From Bifidobacterium breve (lineage in GTDB: Bacteria > Actinomycetota > Acidimicrobiia > IMCC26256 > PALSA-555): a stretch of 33,725 nucleotides of DNA. Shown here in pieces: positions 16,854 through 26,044 of this stretch. The notes below the pieces were generated by a model, which saw only the letters and a list, made by a program, of their open reading frames with translations, ran no database searches and was not told the DNA's origin. The translations under genes were made by a program, and so were the position numbers. The stretch's first letter is position 1, and each line of letters opens with the position of its first letter. The stretch lies in NCBI GenBank assembly GCA_945889545.1, contig CAMDCC010000003.1, positions 1 to 33,725 on the forward strand, written 5' to 3'.

Positions 16854-17708
16854 CTAGAGGCCCAGGTTCGTGTGGATCTCTCGGGTCGCGTTGGAGCGAT
16901 TCATTGTGTAGAAGTGCAGGCCGGGTGCGCCACCGTCGAGGAGCTCGCGGCAGAGCTTCGTCGCCTCGTCGATGCCGATCTTGCGCACCGCGTCGGGGTC
17001 GTCTTCCACCGCATGCAATTTCGTCATGAACCACTCGGGGAACTCGGAGCCCTGCATCTCGGCCATGCGCTTTGTGCCGGCCAGGCTGAGCACCGGCAAG
17101 ATCCCGGGGATCACCGGCTTGTCCACGCCGAGCGCTCGCAATGAGTTGATGAGATCGAAGTAGTGGGCAGCGTCGAAGAAGAACTGGGTGATCGCGAAGT
17201 CGGCCTCCGCGAGCTTCTCCGCGGTGTGGCGTCGATCGCTCTCGAGATCGGGCGACTGCGGATGCGGTTCAGGGTGAGCGGCCACACCCACGCTGAAGTC
17301 GCCCACCTCTCGGATGAGCCGAACCAGATCGATCGCGTAGTCGAGGTCGCCGGGGGGGAGGTCGAGATCCTTCGGCGGATCACCGCGGAGCGCGAGCAGG
17401 TTCTCGATCCCAGCTTCCTGGTAGCGCTCGATGATGTCGACGAGCTCGGCGCGGGTGTGCGCAGCGCAGGTGATGTGGGCCATCGCGGTCATCGACGTCT
17501 CGCGGTCGATGCGCGTCACGATCTCGTGGGTTCTCTCCCGGGTGGAACCGCCGGCGCCATACGTGACCGACACGTACGACGGTGCGAGTGGCTCCAGGTC
17601 CACGAGGGTTTGCTCGAGCACGAGCATCGCCTCGTCGGTGCGCGGCGGGCCGAACTCAAAGGAGATCGTCCGCTCGCCGTGCGCCAGAATTTCACCGATT
17701 TTGGTCAT
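16854..17708 (-). CDS. metF: Methylenetetrahydrofolate reductase
   Basis: SFEFGPP, SVTYGAGGSTR, LALRGDPP, AITQFFFD, GLHFYTMNR. Confidence 0.95.
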   Translation of the reverse strand: MTKIGEILAHGERTISFEFGPPRTDEAMLVLEQTLVDLEPLAPSYVSVTYGAGGSTRERTHEIVTRIDRETSMTAMAHITCAAHTRAELVDIIERYQEAGIENLLALRGDPPKDLDLPPGDLDYAIDLVRLIREVGDFSVGVAAHPEPHPQSPDLESDRRHTAEKLAEADFAITQFFFDAAHYFDLINSLRALGVDKPVIPGILPVLSLAGTKRMAEMQGSEFPEWFMTKLHAVEDDPDAVRKIGIDEATKLCRELLDGGAPGLHFYTMNRSNATREIHTNLGL

Positions 17709-17787
17709 GGTTGATTGGCCATCTAGCGATCAAGCGTACGCGACGCTCGTCGCCGGTCGCCGCTCGAATCTCGTAGCCTCACCGACC

Positions 17788-18279
17788 GTGCAGTTCACCA
17801 TCGACCAAGTGCTCAACGGCTCACCGCGTGCAGTCGAAGACGTGCTGCTCGATCCCGCGTTTGTGGAGGCGCGGGCCGCATTGCCGAAGCTCAGCGATCC
17901 CGAGTTGCTCGAGTGCACACGCGACGGCGATCACGCGCACCAACGCATCCGCTTCCGGTTTACCGAGCACGTCTCCGGAGCCGTGGCCGCGGTCGTTGAC
18001 CCCGAGCGACTCACCTGGGTCGACGACGCGACCTTCGACCTTGCTGCCCATATCACCGAGCACCGGATCGAGCCCGACCACTACGCCGATCGACTGGCAA
18101 GCACGTACCGCGCCACACTCACGTCGGAAGGCGAAGGCTCGCGTCGAGTGCTCGTCGGAACGGTCAAAGTGCGCATGCCGCTCGTGGGCGGCAAGGTCGA
18201 GCGGGTCATCGTGTCGGGCCTGACGGAGTACGCCGCGGCTGAGGAAACCCTCATCAACGAGTGGCTCGCCCGCAGCTGA
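17788..18279 (+). CDS. DUF2505 family (SRPBCC/START-like) protein
   Basis: GTG start VQFTIDQ; C-terminal GTVKVRMPLVGGKVERVIV. Confidence 0.8.
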   Translation: MQFTIDQVLNGSPRAVEDVLLDPAFVEARAALPKLSDPELLECTRDGDHAHQRIRFRFTEHVSGAVAAVVDPERLTWVDDATFDLAAHITEHRIEPDHYADRLASTYRATLTSEGEGSRRVLVGTVKVRMPLVGGKVERVIVSGLTEYAAAEETLINEWLARS

Positions 18280-18286
18280 CCAGGAG

Positions 18287-20521
18287 TCACGCCTGACTAC
18301 GCCATCCATGGAAACGACGGAGGCGGAGTGAGTTCGTCACGACGAACACCGAGGAGAAGCCCATCGCACCGGCCGCGATGATCGGGTTGAGCAACCCGAT
18401 CGCTGCAAGTGGGATTGCCGCGACGTTGTACGCGAAGGCCCAGAAGAGGTTGCCCTTGATGGTGCTGAGCGTGCGACGGGCGAGCGCGATCGCGTCGGCG
18501 GCGGCGCGCAGATCGCCCGAGACGAGTGTGAGGTCGCTCGCTTCGATCGCGACGTCGGTGCCAGTACCGATGGCGATCCCAAGATCGGCTTGCGCGAGGG
18601 CGGGCGCATCATTCACACCGTCACCGACGACGGCGACGCGGCGTCCGTCGCGTTGCAAGCTCGTCACCACTTCGACCTTCTGGCTGGGCAGGACCTCGGC
18701 GACGACGCGGTCGATGCCGACAACCGCGGCCACCGCTTCGGCTGTCTCCCGTCGATCGCCGGTGACCATCACCGTCTCGAGACCGAGCTCGTGGAGTGCG
18801 GCGACGGCTGCCGCGGAGGATGCCTTGAGGGTGTCGGCCACGATGAACACGCCGCGCGCCTCGACTCGCCCAGTGTCATCGGGCCACGACGCGTAGACCA
18901 ACGTCTGCCCGTTGATGTCGGCGGCCGCGGCCGCGGCTTCCAGGCCGGGCGACACACCGCCCACGAACGTGGCTCGGCCCACCCGCACCTCGACACCGTC
19001 AACGGTCCCCCGCGTCCCTTCGCCAGCGTGGTTCTCGAAGTTGGTCGGTGCGACCAGGTCGACATCCCGCTCGCGTGCGCCAGCCGCGATGGCCGCGGCG
19101 ATCGGGTGCTCGGACGCACTCTCTACGGATCCGGCCCGTCGGAGCAGCGTCGCCGTGTCGACGCCGGGTGCCGGCACAACGTTCGCCAGGCGCATGCGAC
19201 CCTCGGTGATCGTGCCCGTCTTGTCGAGCACGACCACGTCGACGGTCTGCGTTGCTTCGAGCACTTCGGCGCCGCGGATCACGATGCCGAGCTGCGCGGC
19301 TCGCCCCGTGCCCACCATGATCGCCGTCGGCGTTGCGAGTCCGAGAGCGCACGGGCAAGCGATGATGAGCACGGCGACGGCGGCAGTGAACGCGCGGTTC
19401 TCGTCGCCGGTCACGGCAAACCACACGACCAACGTGACGGCTGCGATCACGAGGACGACCGGCACGAAGATCGCAGAGATTCGATCGGCAAGCCGTTGCA
19501 CTGGTGCCTTGGACCCTTGCGCCGCTTCGACAAGGCGAGCGATCTGGGCGAGCGCGGTATCACTCCCCACCTTCGTGGCTTCGATCACAAGGCGGCCCGA
19601 TGCGTTGATCGTTGCGCCGAACACCTCGTCGCCGATGCTCACGTCGACCGGCACCGGCTCGCCGGTGAGCATCGAGACGTCGATGGCGGACGACCCGTCG
19701 ACGACGCGGCCGTCGGTGGCGATCCTTTCGCCCGGGCGAACGACGAAGCGGTCACCCACTTGCAGACTGGCGATCGGGATCTCATCGCCGTTCTCGAGCC
19801 GCGCTGTCTTCGCGCCAAGCTCGAGAAGCGCGCGCAACGCGTGACTCGAGCTGCGGCGAGCCCGCGCCTCGAAGTAGCGGCCGAGAAGCAACAACGTCAC
19901 GATGACCGACGCGGTCTCGAAGTACACGTTCGCCTCGTCGGTCGATCCAGCGAACAAAGCACCGAAGTCCATGCCCATGTGTCCGGCGTCGAGAAACACG
20001 AGTGCGACCACTGACCATACGTATGCCGCCAGGGTGCCGAGTGTGACGAGCGTGTCCATCGTGGTGGCGCCGTGCTTGAGGTTGACGAACGTGGCGCGAT
20101 GGAAGGGCAGCGCAGCCCAGAGGATCACTGGAGTGGACAACACGAACGCCACCCATGCCCAGCCGTCGAACTGGAGCGGCGGCACCATCGAGATCGCGAG
20201 CACGGGGATCGTGAGGAGCGCGGCGACGACCAGGCGCGGCCGGAGATCACGGAGCTCGATCGTCTCGGAATCCTCCGCGTCGGGTTCCGCGATCGCATAC
20301 CCGAGCGATTGGACGGTCGTTGCGAAGTCGGCCTCGGTCGCCGCGTCCGGGTCGTAAACGACGGTGGCGCGCCGGGTGCCGAAGTTCACCGACGCCTCGG
20401 TCACGCCGGGTCGGGCGGCGAGCGCCTTCTCGATGCGCATCGCGCACGAGGCGCACGTCATCCCTTCGATCGGGAGATCGCGCCGTTCGAGCTGCTGGGC
20501 GTCGACATCGATGGGAGCCAC
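18287..20521 (-). CDS. copA: Copper-translocating P1B-type ATPase
   Basis: GMTCASC HMA domain, [38 protein letters not shown]; GTG start after GAAAGGA RBS. Confidence 0.93.
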   Translation of the reverse strand: MAPIDVDAQQLERRDLPIEGMTCASCAMRIEKALAARPGVTEASVNFGTRRATVVYDPDAATEADFATTVQSLGYAIAEPDAEDSETIELRDLRPRLVVAALLTIPVLAISMVPPLQFDGWAWVAFVLSTPVILWAALPFHRATFVNLKHGATTMDTLVTLGTLAAYVWSVVALVFLDAGHMGMDFGALFAGSTDEANVYFETASVIVTLLLLGRYFEARARRSSSHALRALLELGAKTARLENGDEIPIASLQVGDRFVVRPGERIATDGRVVDGSSAIDVSMLTGEPVPVDVSIGDEVFGATINASGRLVIEATKVGSDTALAQIARLVEAAQGSKAPVQRLADRISAIFVPVVLVIAAVTLVVWFAVTGDENRAFTAAVAVLIIACPCALGLATPTAIMVGTGRAAQLGIVIRGAEVLEATQTVDVVVLDKTGTITEGRMRLANVVPAPGVDTATLLRRAGSVESASEHPIAAAIAAGARERDVDLVAPTNFENHAGEGTRGTVDGVEVRVGRATFVGGVSPGLEAAAAAADINGQTLVYASWPDDTGRVEARGVFIVADTLKASSAAAVAALHELGLETVMVTGDRRETAEAVAAVVGIDRVVAEVLPSQKVEVVTSLQRDGRRVAVVGDGVNDAPALAQADLGIAIGTGTDVAIEASDLTLVSGDLRAAADAIALARRTLSTIKGNLFWAFAYNVAAIPLAAIGLLNPIIAAGAMGFSSVFVVTNSLRLRRFHGWRSQA

Positions 20522-20554
20522 GGCGAGGGTCCTTTCCTCGTGAAGCTCGATGGT

Positions 20555-20571
20555 ATACCCTGGGGGGGTAT
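20555..20571. promoter_or_regulatory. CsoR-type operator ATACCCTGGGGGGGTAT
   Basis: ATACC-C/G tract-GGTAT pseudo-palindrome between divergent copA and csoR. Confidence 0.8.
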
Positions 20572-20911
20572 GCTGACAACCCCGAAGCAGACGAAACCCA
20601 GCGCCACCAAGACCAGCGCCACCAAGACCAGGCGGGGGTACTCCCTCGCCAAGGACGACTACCGCACCCGTCTGCGGCGCATCGAGGGCCAGGTGCGCGG
20701 ACTCCAACGCATGATCGACGCCGACGAGTACTGCATCGACGTGCTCACCCAGATCGCCGCGGTGAGCAAGGCGCTCCAGAACGTGGGGCTCGGGTTACTC
20801 GACGAGCACCTGCGCCATTGCGTGCTCGAAGCGGCGAAGGCCAGCCCGGCGGAGGGTGACGCCAAGGTGCACGAAGCGGTACAGGCGGTCGACCGCCTCT
20901 TGCGCGTCTAG
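20570..20911 (+). CDS. csoR: CsoR/RicR-family copper-sensing repressor
   Basis: [26 protein letters not shown] (C-H-C copper ligands). Confidence 0.92.
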   Translation: MLTTPKQTKPSATKTSATKTRRGYSLAKDDYRTRLRRIEGQVRGLQRMIDADEYCIDVLTQIAAVSKALQNVGLGLLDEHLRHCVLEAAKASPAEGDAKVHEAVQAVDRLLRV

Positions 20912-21696
20912 CTCGGCGGACTTGGAGGCGCGGGAGCGTCCGTCGACAGTTGCTGCCACTGCTCGTTCTGCGCGAGCAAGCATTCTCGCTGACGAGCCGT
21001 GATCGCTCGGATGACCAGAACTCCCACGACGGCGGCGGCCAATGTCGAGAGCTGGCCCACGATCTGGAGGTCGATCCCGCCCCGCAGATCATCGAGTGTT
21101 GTGGGGTCGTCCACCCGACCGTTGCCCACCAAGATCATGAGGCGTCCGAAGAGCAAGAGCCCCCACCAGAATCCGACCAACAACGAACGGTCGCCGATCT
21201 TCCACCGAGAGTCGCCGCGCGGGATTGAAGGGTCGGCGCCCCGCCACAGGTCTTGCATGATGAGCACCGGGATCACGAGGTTCGCAACCGGGATGAGCCA
21301 CCCGCCGATCGCCCAACCGGGGCCGAAGCGAGCGCGCGAACGCCCGAGTGCCTCGTTGTTCTTCGCAGCTCGCCACATCCAGACCATGAACGCAATGCCT
21401 GTGAGGATCGCGAGCGCGAGGAAAGTGTCGTTGATGGTGCCGACCCGGTCATCAAGTTCGAGCAGACGATTGAAATCACTCACGCCGATCGGCGGTCTCT
21501 CGGGTACCAAACCGCGCTGTTCGAACTGCGTAGCGATCGCGGCCACGACCGTCCCGGCGGTGGCAACCAAGATCGCATACACGACATAGGAGGACCAGCG
21601 AAGATCGCGCCATCGGGGAGTGGTGGTCGGTTCCGGGGCTGACGGCGGCAGCGTTGGTGGGGTGGGTGGAGCCTGTGGTGGATCGTCCATGGTCAT
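20908..21696 (-). CDS. DUF4328 family membrane protein
   Basis: FMVWMWRAAKN, GPGWAIGGWLIPVANL, QDLWR, GFWW; start ambiguous (21690-21708). Confidence 0.82.
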   Translation of the reverse strand: MTMDDPPQAPPTPPTLPPSAPEPTTTPRWRDLRWSSYVVYAILVATAGTVVAAIATQFEQRGLVPERPPIGVSDFNRLLELDDRVGTINDTFLALAILTGIAFMVWMWRAAKNNEALGRSRARFGPGWAIGGWLIPVANLVIPVLIMQDLWRGADPSIPRGDSRWKIGDRSLLVGFWWGLLLFGRLMILVGNGRVDDPTTLDDLRGGIDLQIVGQLSTLAAAVVGVLVIRAITARQRECLLAQNEQWQQLSTDAPAPPSPPS

Positions 21697-21793
21697 CCCT
21701 ACCCCCAAACCTGCCTACCCCCAAACCCGTTGGAACGAAGCCTACGGGTTGAGCCATTCGCCCGCGCAGGCTGCTCTCGTAGACTCACCGACC

Positions 21794-22927
21794 GTGCCGC
21801 CCGAGAAGTTCCAGTGGAAACACCTCTACGAAGAGGTCGTGACGAGCGGCCTGTGCACGGGTTGCGCAGGGTGTGTGATCGCTTGCCCCCACGACGTGCT
21901 CGGGTACCGCGACGACGAAGGCATCTACAAGCCGTTCCAGATGGAAGAGGGCTTCGGCCCCAGCGACTGCAGTCACGGGCAGAAGGGCTGCACGAGCTGC
22001 ACCCGGGCGTGCCCGCGCTTTCGCGACTGGGAAGTCGAGATCGACGAGTTCATGTTCGGGCGCGCCCGCACGGTCGAAGAGCCGTCGGGGGTCTGCAAGG
22101 ACATCGTGCTCGCCCGCGCCACTGATCCCGTTCTCCAAGAGGTCGGTCAGGACGGCGGACTCGTGTCGGCCATCCTCTTGTACGCGCTCGAGCACGACAT
22201 CATCGACGCCGCGCTGGTCAGCTACCTCGAAGGCGACGGCTCAACCTGGAAGGCGATTCCGGGCGTCGCGCGCACCAAGGAAGACATCATCGCCACCGCG
22301 GGGAGTCGCTACACGTACTCGGCCAACACGATGGCGTACGCCGAGGCGGTCGCCGGCGGCGCCGAGCGCATCGCGCTGGTTGGGATGAGCTGTCAGAGCT
22401 CGGTCCCGCCCGTGATGAAGCAACGCAAGGCTGGCAAGGTGGCGCGCCGGCTGTCGCTCAACATCGGGCTGTTGTGCTCGAAGACGTTTGACGATGCAAT
22501 CTTCGAGGAGCTGTTCGAGGCCAAGTACGGGTTGAAGAAGGCCGAGATGAACAAGATGAACATCAAGGGCGTCTTCCAGATCTGGATGAAGAACGGCGAC
22601 TACCACGAGGTCCCGCTCAAGGAATGTCACGCGTGGACGCGTGAAGGCTGCAACATGTGCCCCGACTTCGCGGCTGAGCACGCCGACATCTCCACCGGCG
22701 GCATCGGCGCGTTCAACGACTGGACGCTCACGATCGTTCGCACCGACGTGGGGCGCGAGCTCATGGACGGCCTCGTGCGCGATGGCTGGATCGAGACCCG
22801 TCCCGGCGACGACGACCCCGGTGCGATCGAGCTCATGCACAAGCTGTCGAAGAAGTCGCGCAAGCGCTGGCCCGAGTTCGCGGTCGAGGCCCCCCGGCGC
22901 ATCCCCGCGCCAGCGCCGAAGGCTTGA
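21794..22927 (+). CDS. Coenzyme F420 hydrogenase/dehydrogenase beta-subunit (FrhB/FdhB) family Fe-S flavoprotein
   Basis: CTGCAGCVIACP and CTSCTRACP ferredoxin motifs; QDGGLVSAIL, GMSCQ, IGLLC, GCNMCPDFAAEHADISTG. Confidence 0.88.
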   Translation: MPPEKFQWKHLYEEVVTSGLCTGCAGCVIACPHDVLGYRDDEGIYKPFQMEEGFGPSDCSHGQKGCTSCTRACPRFRDWEVEIDEFMFGRARTVEEPSGVCKDIVLARATDPVLQEVGQDGGLVSAILLYALEHDIIDAALVSYLEGDGSTWKAIPGVARTKEDIIATAGSRYTYSANTMAYAEAVAGGAERIALVGMSCQSSVPPVMKQRKAGKVARRLSLNIGLLCSKTFDDAIFEELFEAKYGLKKAEMNKMNIKGVFQIWMKNGDYHEVPLKECHAWTREGCNMCPDFAAEHADISTGGIGAFNDWTLTIVRTDVGRELMDGLVRDGWIETRPGDDDPGAIELMHKLSKKSRKRWPEFAVEAPRRIPAPAPKA

Positions 22928-22982
22928 CCTGACCCGTCGCGTTCACATCCGACTCCCGAAGGCGGGTCGCTACCTGCCGCCG

Positions 22983-23969
22983 ATGGGCGACGAGTTCGTC
23001 TCGATCGAAGCTGTATCGGGGTTCATGCTCTTGGCGTGCGCGATCGCGTCGCTGGTCTGGGCCACGGTCGGCGGGTACGCCGGATTCTGGGATGAGGCGC
23101 GCATCGGTGATGTGACCGGGCGCGACATCGTCGACGGGTTGATCGTGTTGTTCTTCTTCCTCGTCGGATTGGAGATCAAGCGCGAGCTGTTGGTCGGCGC
23201 GCTCCGAGATCGGCGTGCGGCCGCGTTGCCCGCGATCGCCGCCCTCGGCGGCATCGTGGTTCCCGCCATCATCTTCGGATTGATAGCGGGGAACAGTCGC
23301 GGGCTCGACGGTTGGACGGTGCCCTTCGCCACCGACGTCGCCCTCGCGGTAGGGGTGCTCACGCTGGTCCGGCGCTGGATGCCGTCGAACGCTCGACTGT
23401 TCCTGCTCGAGCTGGCGATCGTGGACGACATCGGGACGCTGCTGCTCGTCGCGGTCTTGTTCAGCGGTGGCGTGTCGGCATCGCTGATCGGGGTGGCTCT
23501 GGCGCTGCTCGTGCCCCTGAACCCTGTGCGCGGCGTCTCACTGCTCGAACGCGTCGAACACCACCTGCTGCCGTGGGTGAGCTTTGTGATCGTCCCACTG
23601 TTCGTGCTCGCCAACGCGGGAGTGTCCTTGGACAACGCCGAGACCGCGTTGGGATCGCAGGTCAGCCTCGGCATCATCGCCGCGCTTGTCGGTGGCAAGG
23701 TGGTGGGAGTCACCGCCGCAACCTTTGTCGGGCTGCGCACCGGTGTCGGTCGACTCCCCGACGGCGTCGAGATGCGTCACGTGGTTGGCATCGGTCTGAT
23801 TGCCGGTGTCAGCCTCACCGTTTCGCTGTACGTCGCCGACCTTGCGTTCACGGGCGTGGCACTCGAGGAAGCCAAGATCGCATTCTTCGCCGCGTCGCTG
23901 CTGGCGGGTGTCCTCGGTGTCGCGTGGTTGTTCATCGGTCGACGCACTCGCGTTCGGGGAAGGACATGA
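22983..23969 (+). CDS. nhaA: NhaA-type Na+/H+ antiporter, shortened (328 aa)
   Basis: FFFLVGLEIKRE, ALGGIVVPA, PFATDVA, LAIVDDIG, IVPLFVLANAGV, GGKVVG, EAKIA. Confidence 0.88.
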   Translation: MGDEFVSIEAVSGFMLLACAIASLVWATVGGYAGFWDEARIGDVTGRDIVDGLIVLFFFLVGLEIKRELLVGALRDRRAAALPAIAALGGIVVPAIIFGLIAGNSRGLDGWTVPFATDVALAVGVLTLVRRWMPSNARLFLLELAIVDDIGTLLLVAVLFSGGVSASLIGVALALLVPLNPVRGVSLLERVEHHLLPWVSFVIVPLFVLANAGVSLDNAETALGSQVSLGIIAALVGGKVVGVTAATFVGLRTGVGRLPDGVEMRHVVGIGLIAGVSLTVSLYVADLAFTGVALEEAKIAFFAASLLAGVLGVAWLFIGRRTRVRGRT

Positions 23970-24274
23970 GAGTCGTGGCGCTGGTGAGCGACCTGATGGA
24001 TCGGTCACGAATCTCCGTAGCGGCTCCAGGCGTGGAGTTCATTGCTGCTGTTGACGGCGCGCGTGACGCTGGTGTGGTGGTCGTGGATCTCGCACGGTTC
24101 AGCGACGCAGTGGCGACGGTGCGCGCCATTGCGCCCGACGCGCGGATCGTGGCGTACGGATCGCACGTCGACGAGCCAACGCTCGATCGTGCCCGTACCG
24201 ACGGAGCCGATCTGGTGCTCCCCCGATCCCGGTTCTTCCGGGACCCCGCGTCTCATCTGGCGCCGACGACCTAG
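23966..24274 (+). CDS. Small atypical receiver (CheY-like) domain protein
   Basis: ATGA overlap with nhaA; VVVVDL, IVAYGSHVD, ARTDGADLVLPRS pattern. Confidence 0.7.
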   Translation: MRVVALVSDLMDRSRISVAAPGVEFIAAVDGARDAGVVVVDLARFSDAVATVRAIAPDARIVAYGSHVDEPTLDRARTDGADLVLPRSRFFRDPASHLAPTT

Positions 24275-24277
24275 AGC

Positions 24278-25981
24278 ATGGAAGCCTTCCCGGTCGTGAC
24301 GTCGCTGATTGACCGCATCGAAGCAGCCGCCGGAAACGGCGCCCAGACGGGCACCCAATCCGGCACCCAATCCGGCACGGGGATCACCTTCCTCGGGTCG
24401 GCCGCGGCCGATCGGCATGCGGAACGAATCTCGTGGGCCGAGCTGCACGACGACGCGGCAGGGATGGCGGCGGCGTTGCAGGCGCTCGGCGTCGTCCCCG
24501 GCGATCGCGTGGCGATCATCGGCCCCACGTCGCGACCACTCGTCACGGCAATCCAGGCCACCTGGCTCACCGGAGCCACCGTCGTGTGCCTGCCGCTGCC
24601 GATGCGGTTGGGTTCGATCGAGTCGTTCACGCTCCAGACTCGGGCGCGCATCGCCAACGCGCAGGCGCGCATGGTGCTCGTCGACCCAGAGCTCGAGCCA
24701 TTCCTTGCCACGCAAGCGGGCGACCCGCCCGTGGTGCGTCTTCCAGAGCTGCGAGGATCGTCAGCGGCGTGGGAGCGCCCGGTGGTCGATCCCGAGTCGC
24801 TCGCCGTGCTCCAGTTCACGAGCGGATCGACCGACGATCCGAAGGGCGTGATGCTCCCGCATCGCTGCGTCGTGAACAACATCGACTCGATCGTCCACGG
24901 TGCGGGCCTCGGTGCCGGCGACGTCGGCGTGTCGTGGCTGCCGCTGTACCACGACATGGGTTTGATCGGGATGTTGTCGACGCCCATGGTGACCGGCTTC
25001 GACCTCGCGATCGCCCCGCCCCAAGACTTCCTCGCCGCACCAGCCGACTGGATGCGTTGGATGTCGGAGTACCGAGCGACGCTCGCGTGCGGACCGAACT
25101 TCGCCTACGCGCTCGCTGCGCGAGCGCTGCGGCGCGTCGACGATCTCGACCTCTCGCAGTGGCGGCTGGCGCTCAACGGCGCCGAACCGATCGATCCGGG
25201 TGCCGTTGAGGCGTTTCTCGACACGGGTGCCAAGCACGGCCTCAAGGCGTCAGCCGCGTTCTGCGTGTACGGCATGGCCGAAGCGACGCTGGCGATCTCC
25301 TTCCCAGAGCCGGGCAGCGGGATGAGCATCGACACGGTCGACCGCACGACGCTCGAGCATGAGCGGTATGCAGCGGAAGCAACTCGCCCCGAAGACGCGC
25401 GGCGACTCGCGCTGTTGGGCCGACCGCTCCGTGGGCTCGAAGTGCGGGTGTGCGATCCCGACACCGGTGCGCCTCGATCCGACCGCGAGGTAGGTGAGCT
25501 CGAGCTTCGCGGCAACTCCGTCACCCCCGGCTACTGGCAGCGCGACGACGTGACGCGCGCAACGTTCCGCGACGACTGGCTCCGCACCGGCGACCTCGGA
25601 TACCTGGTCGACGGTCAGGTAGTGGTGTGCGGTCGAATCAAGGACGTGATCATCGTGGGCGGACGCAACGTGTTCCCCGAGGAGATCGAGCGCGCGTGCG
25701 CGGCCGTCGAAGGCGTGCGACCGGGCAACGTGATCGCGTTCGGGACCGACACGCGGCGCGGGAAGGAGGGCATCGTCGTGGTGGCAGAGACCCGCGCCGA
25801 TTCCGATGCACCGCTCCGAGTGCGCGACGAGGTGGTCGACCGCGTGTGCGACGTGGTGGGCATCCCGCCGCACGAGGTGATCCTGGTGCAGGCCGGCAGC
25901 CTGCCCAAGACGTCGTCGGGCAAGCTGCAACGCTCCCTCTGCCGCACGCAATACCTCGACGACGACCTCGTCCTGCTCTAA
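24278..25981 (+). CDS. Fatty acyl-AMP ligase (FAAL-like)
   Basis: LQFTSGSTDDPKGV, SWLPLYHDMGLIG, GAEPI, YGMAEATL, GRIKDVII, LPKTSSGKLQR. Confidence 0.88.
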   Translation: MEAFPVVTSLIDRIEAAAGNGAQTGTQSGTQSGTGITFLGSAAADRHAERISWAELHDDAAGMAAALQALGVVPGDRVAIIGPTSRPLVTAIQATWLTGATVVCLPLPMRLGSIESFTLQTRARIANAQARMVLVDPELEPFLATQAGDPPVVRLPELRGSSAAWERPVVDPESLAVLQFTSGSTDDPKGVMLPHRCVVNNIDSIVHGAGLGAGDVGVSWLPLYHDMGLIGMLSTPMVTGFDLAIAPPQDFLAAPADWMRWMSEYRATLACGPNFAYALAARALRRVDDLDLSQWRLALNGAEPIDPGAVEAFLDTGAKHGLKASAAFCVYGMAEATLAISFPEPGSGMSIDTVDRTTLEHERYAAEATRPEDARRLALLGRPLRGLEVRVCDPDTGAPRSDREVGELELRGNSVTPGYWQRDDVTRATFRDDWLRTGDLGYLVDGQVVVCGRIKDVIIVGGRNVFPEEIERACAAVEGVRPGNVIAFGTDTRRGKEGIVVVAETRADSDAPLRVRDEVVDRVCDVVGIPPHEVILVQAGSLPKTSSGKLQRSLCRTQYLDDDLVLL

Positions 25982-25984
25982 GAG

Positions 25985-26039
25985 CGGATTCTCGGCACGC
26001 TGAACAAGACAGAGATGGGTTGAACGTGCCGAGAATCCG
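25985..26039. repeat. REP-like palindrome between convergent genes
   Basis: Perfect 15-bp arms CGGATTCTCGGCACG / CGTGCCGAGAATCCG with a 25-nt centre. Confidence 0.8.
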
Positions 26040-26044
26040 AGTTC

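Noticed and set aside
20522-20707. 806-aa copA start at 20707
   Set aside because: Overlaps csoR and the operator; an SD-led GTG at 20521 directly precedes the HMA domain
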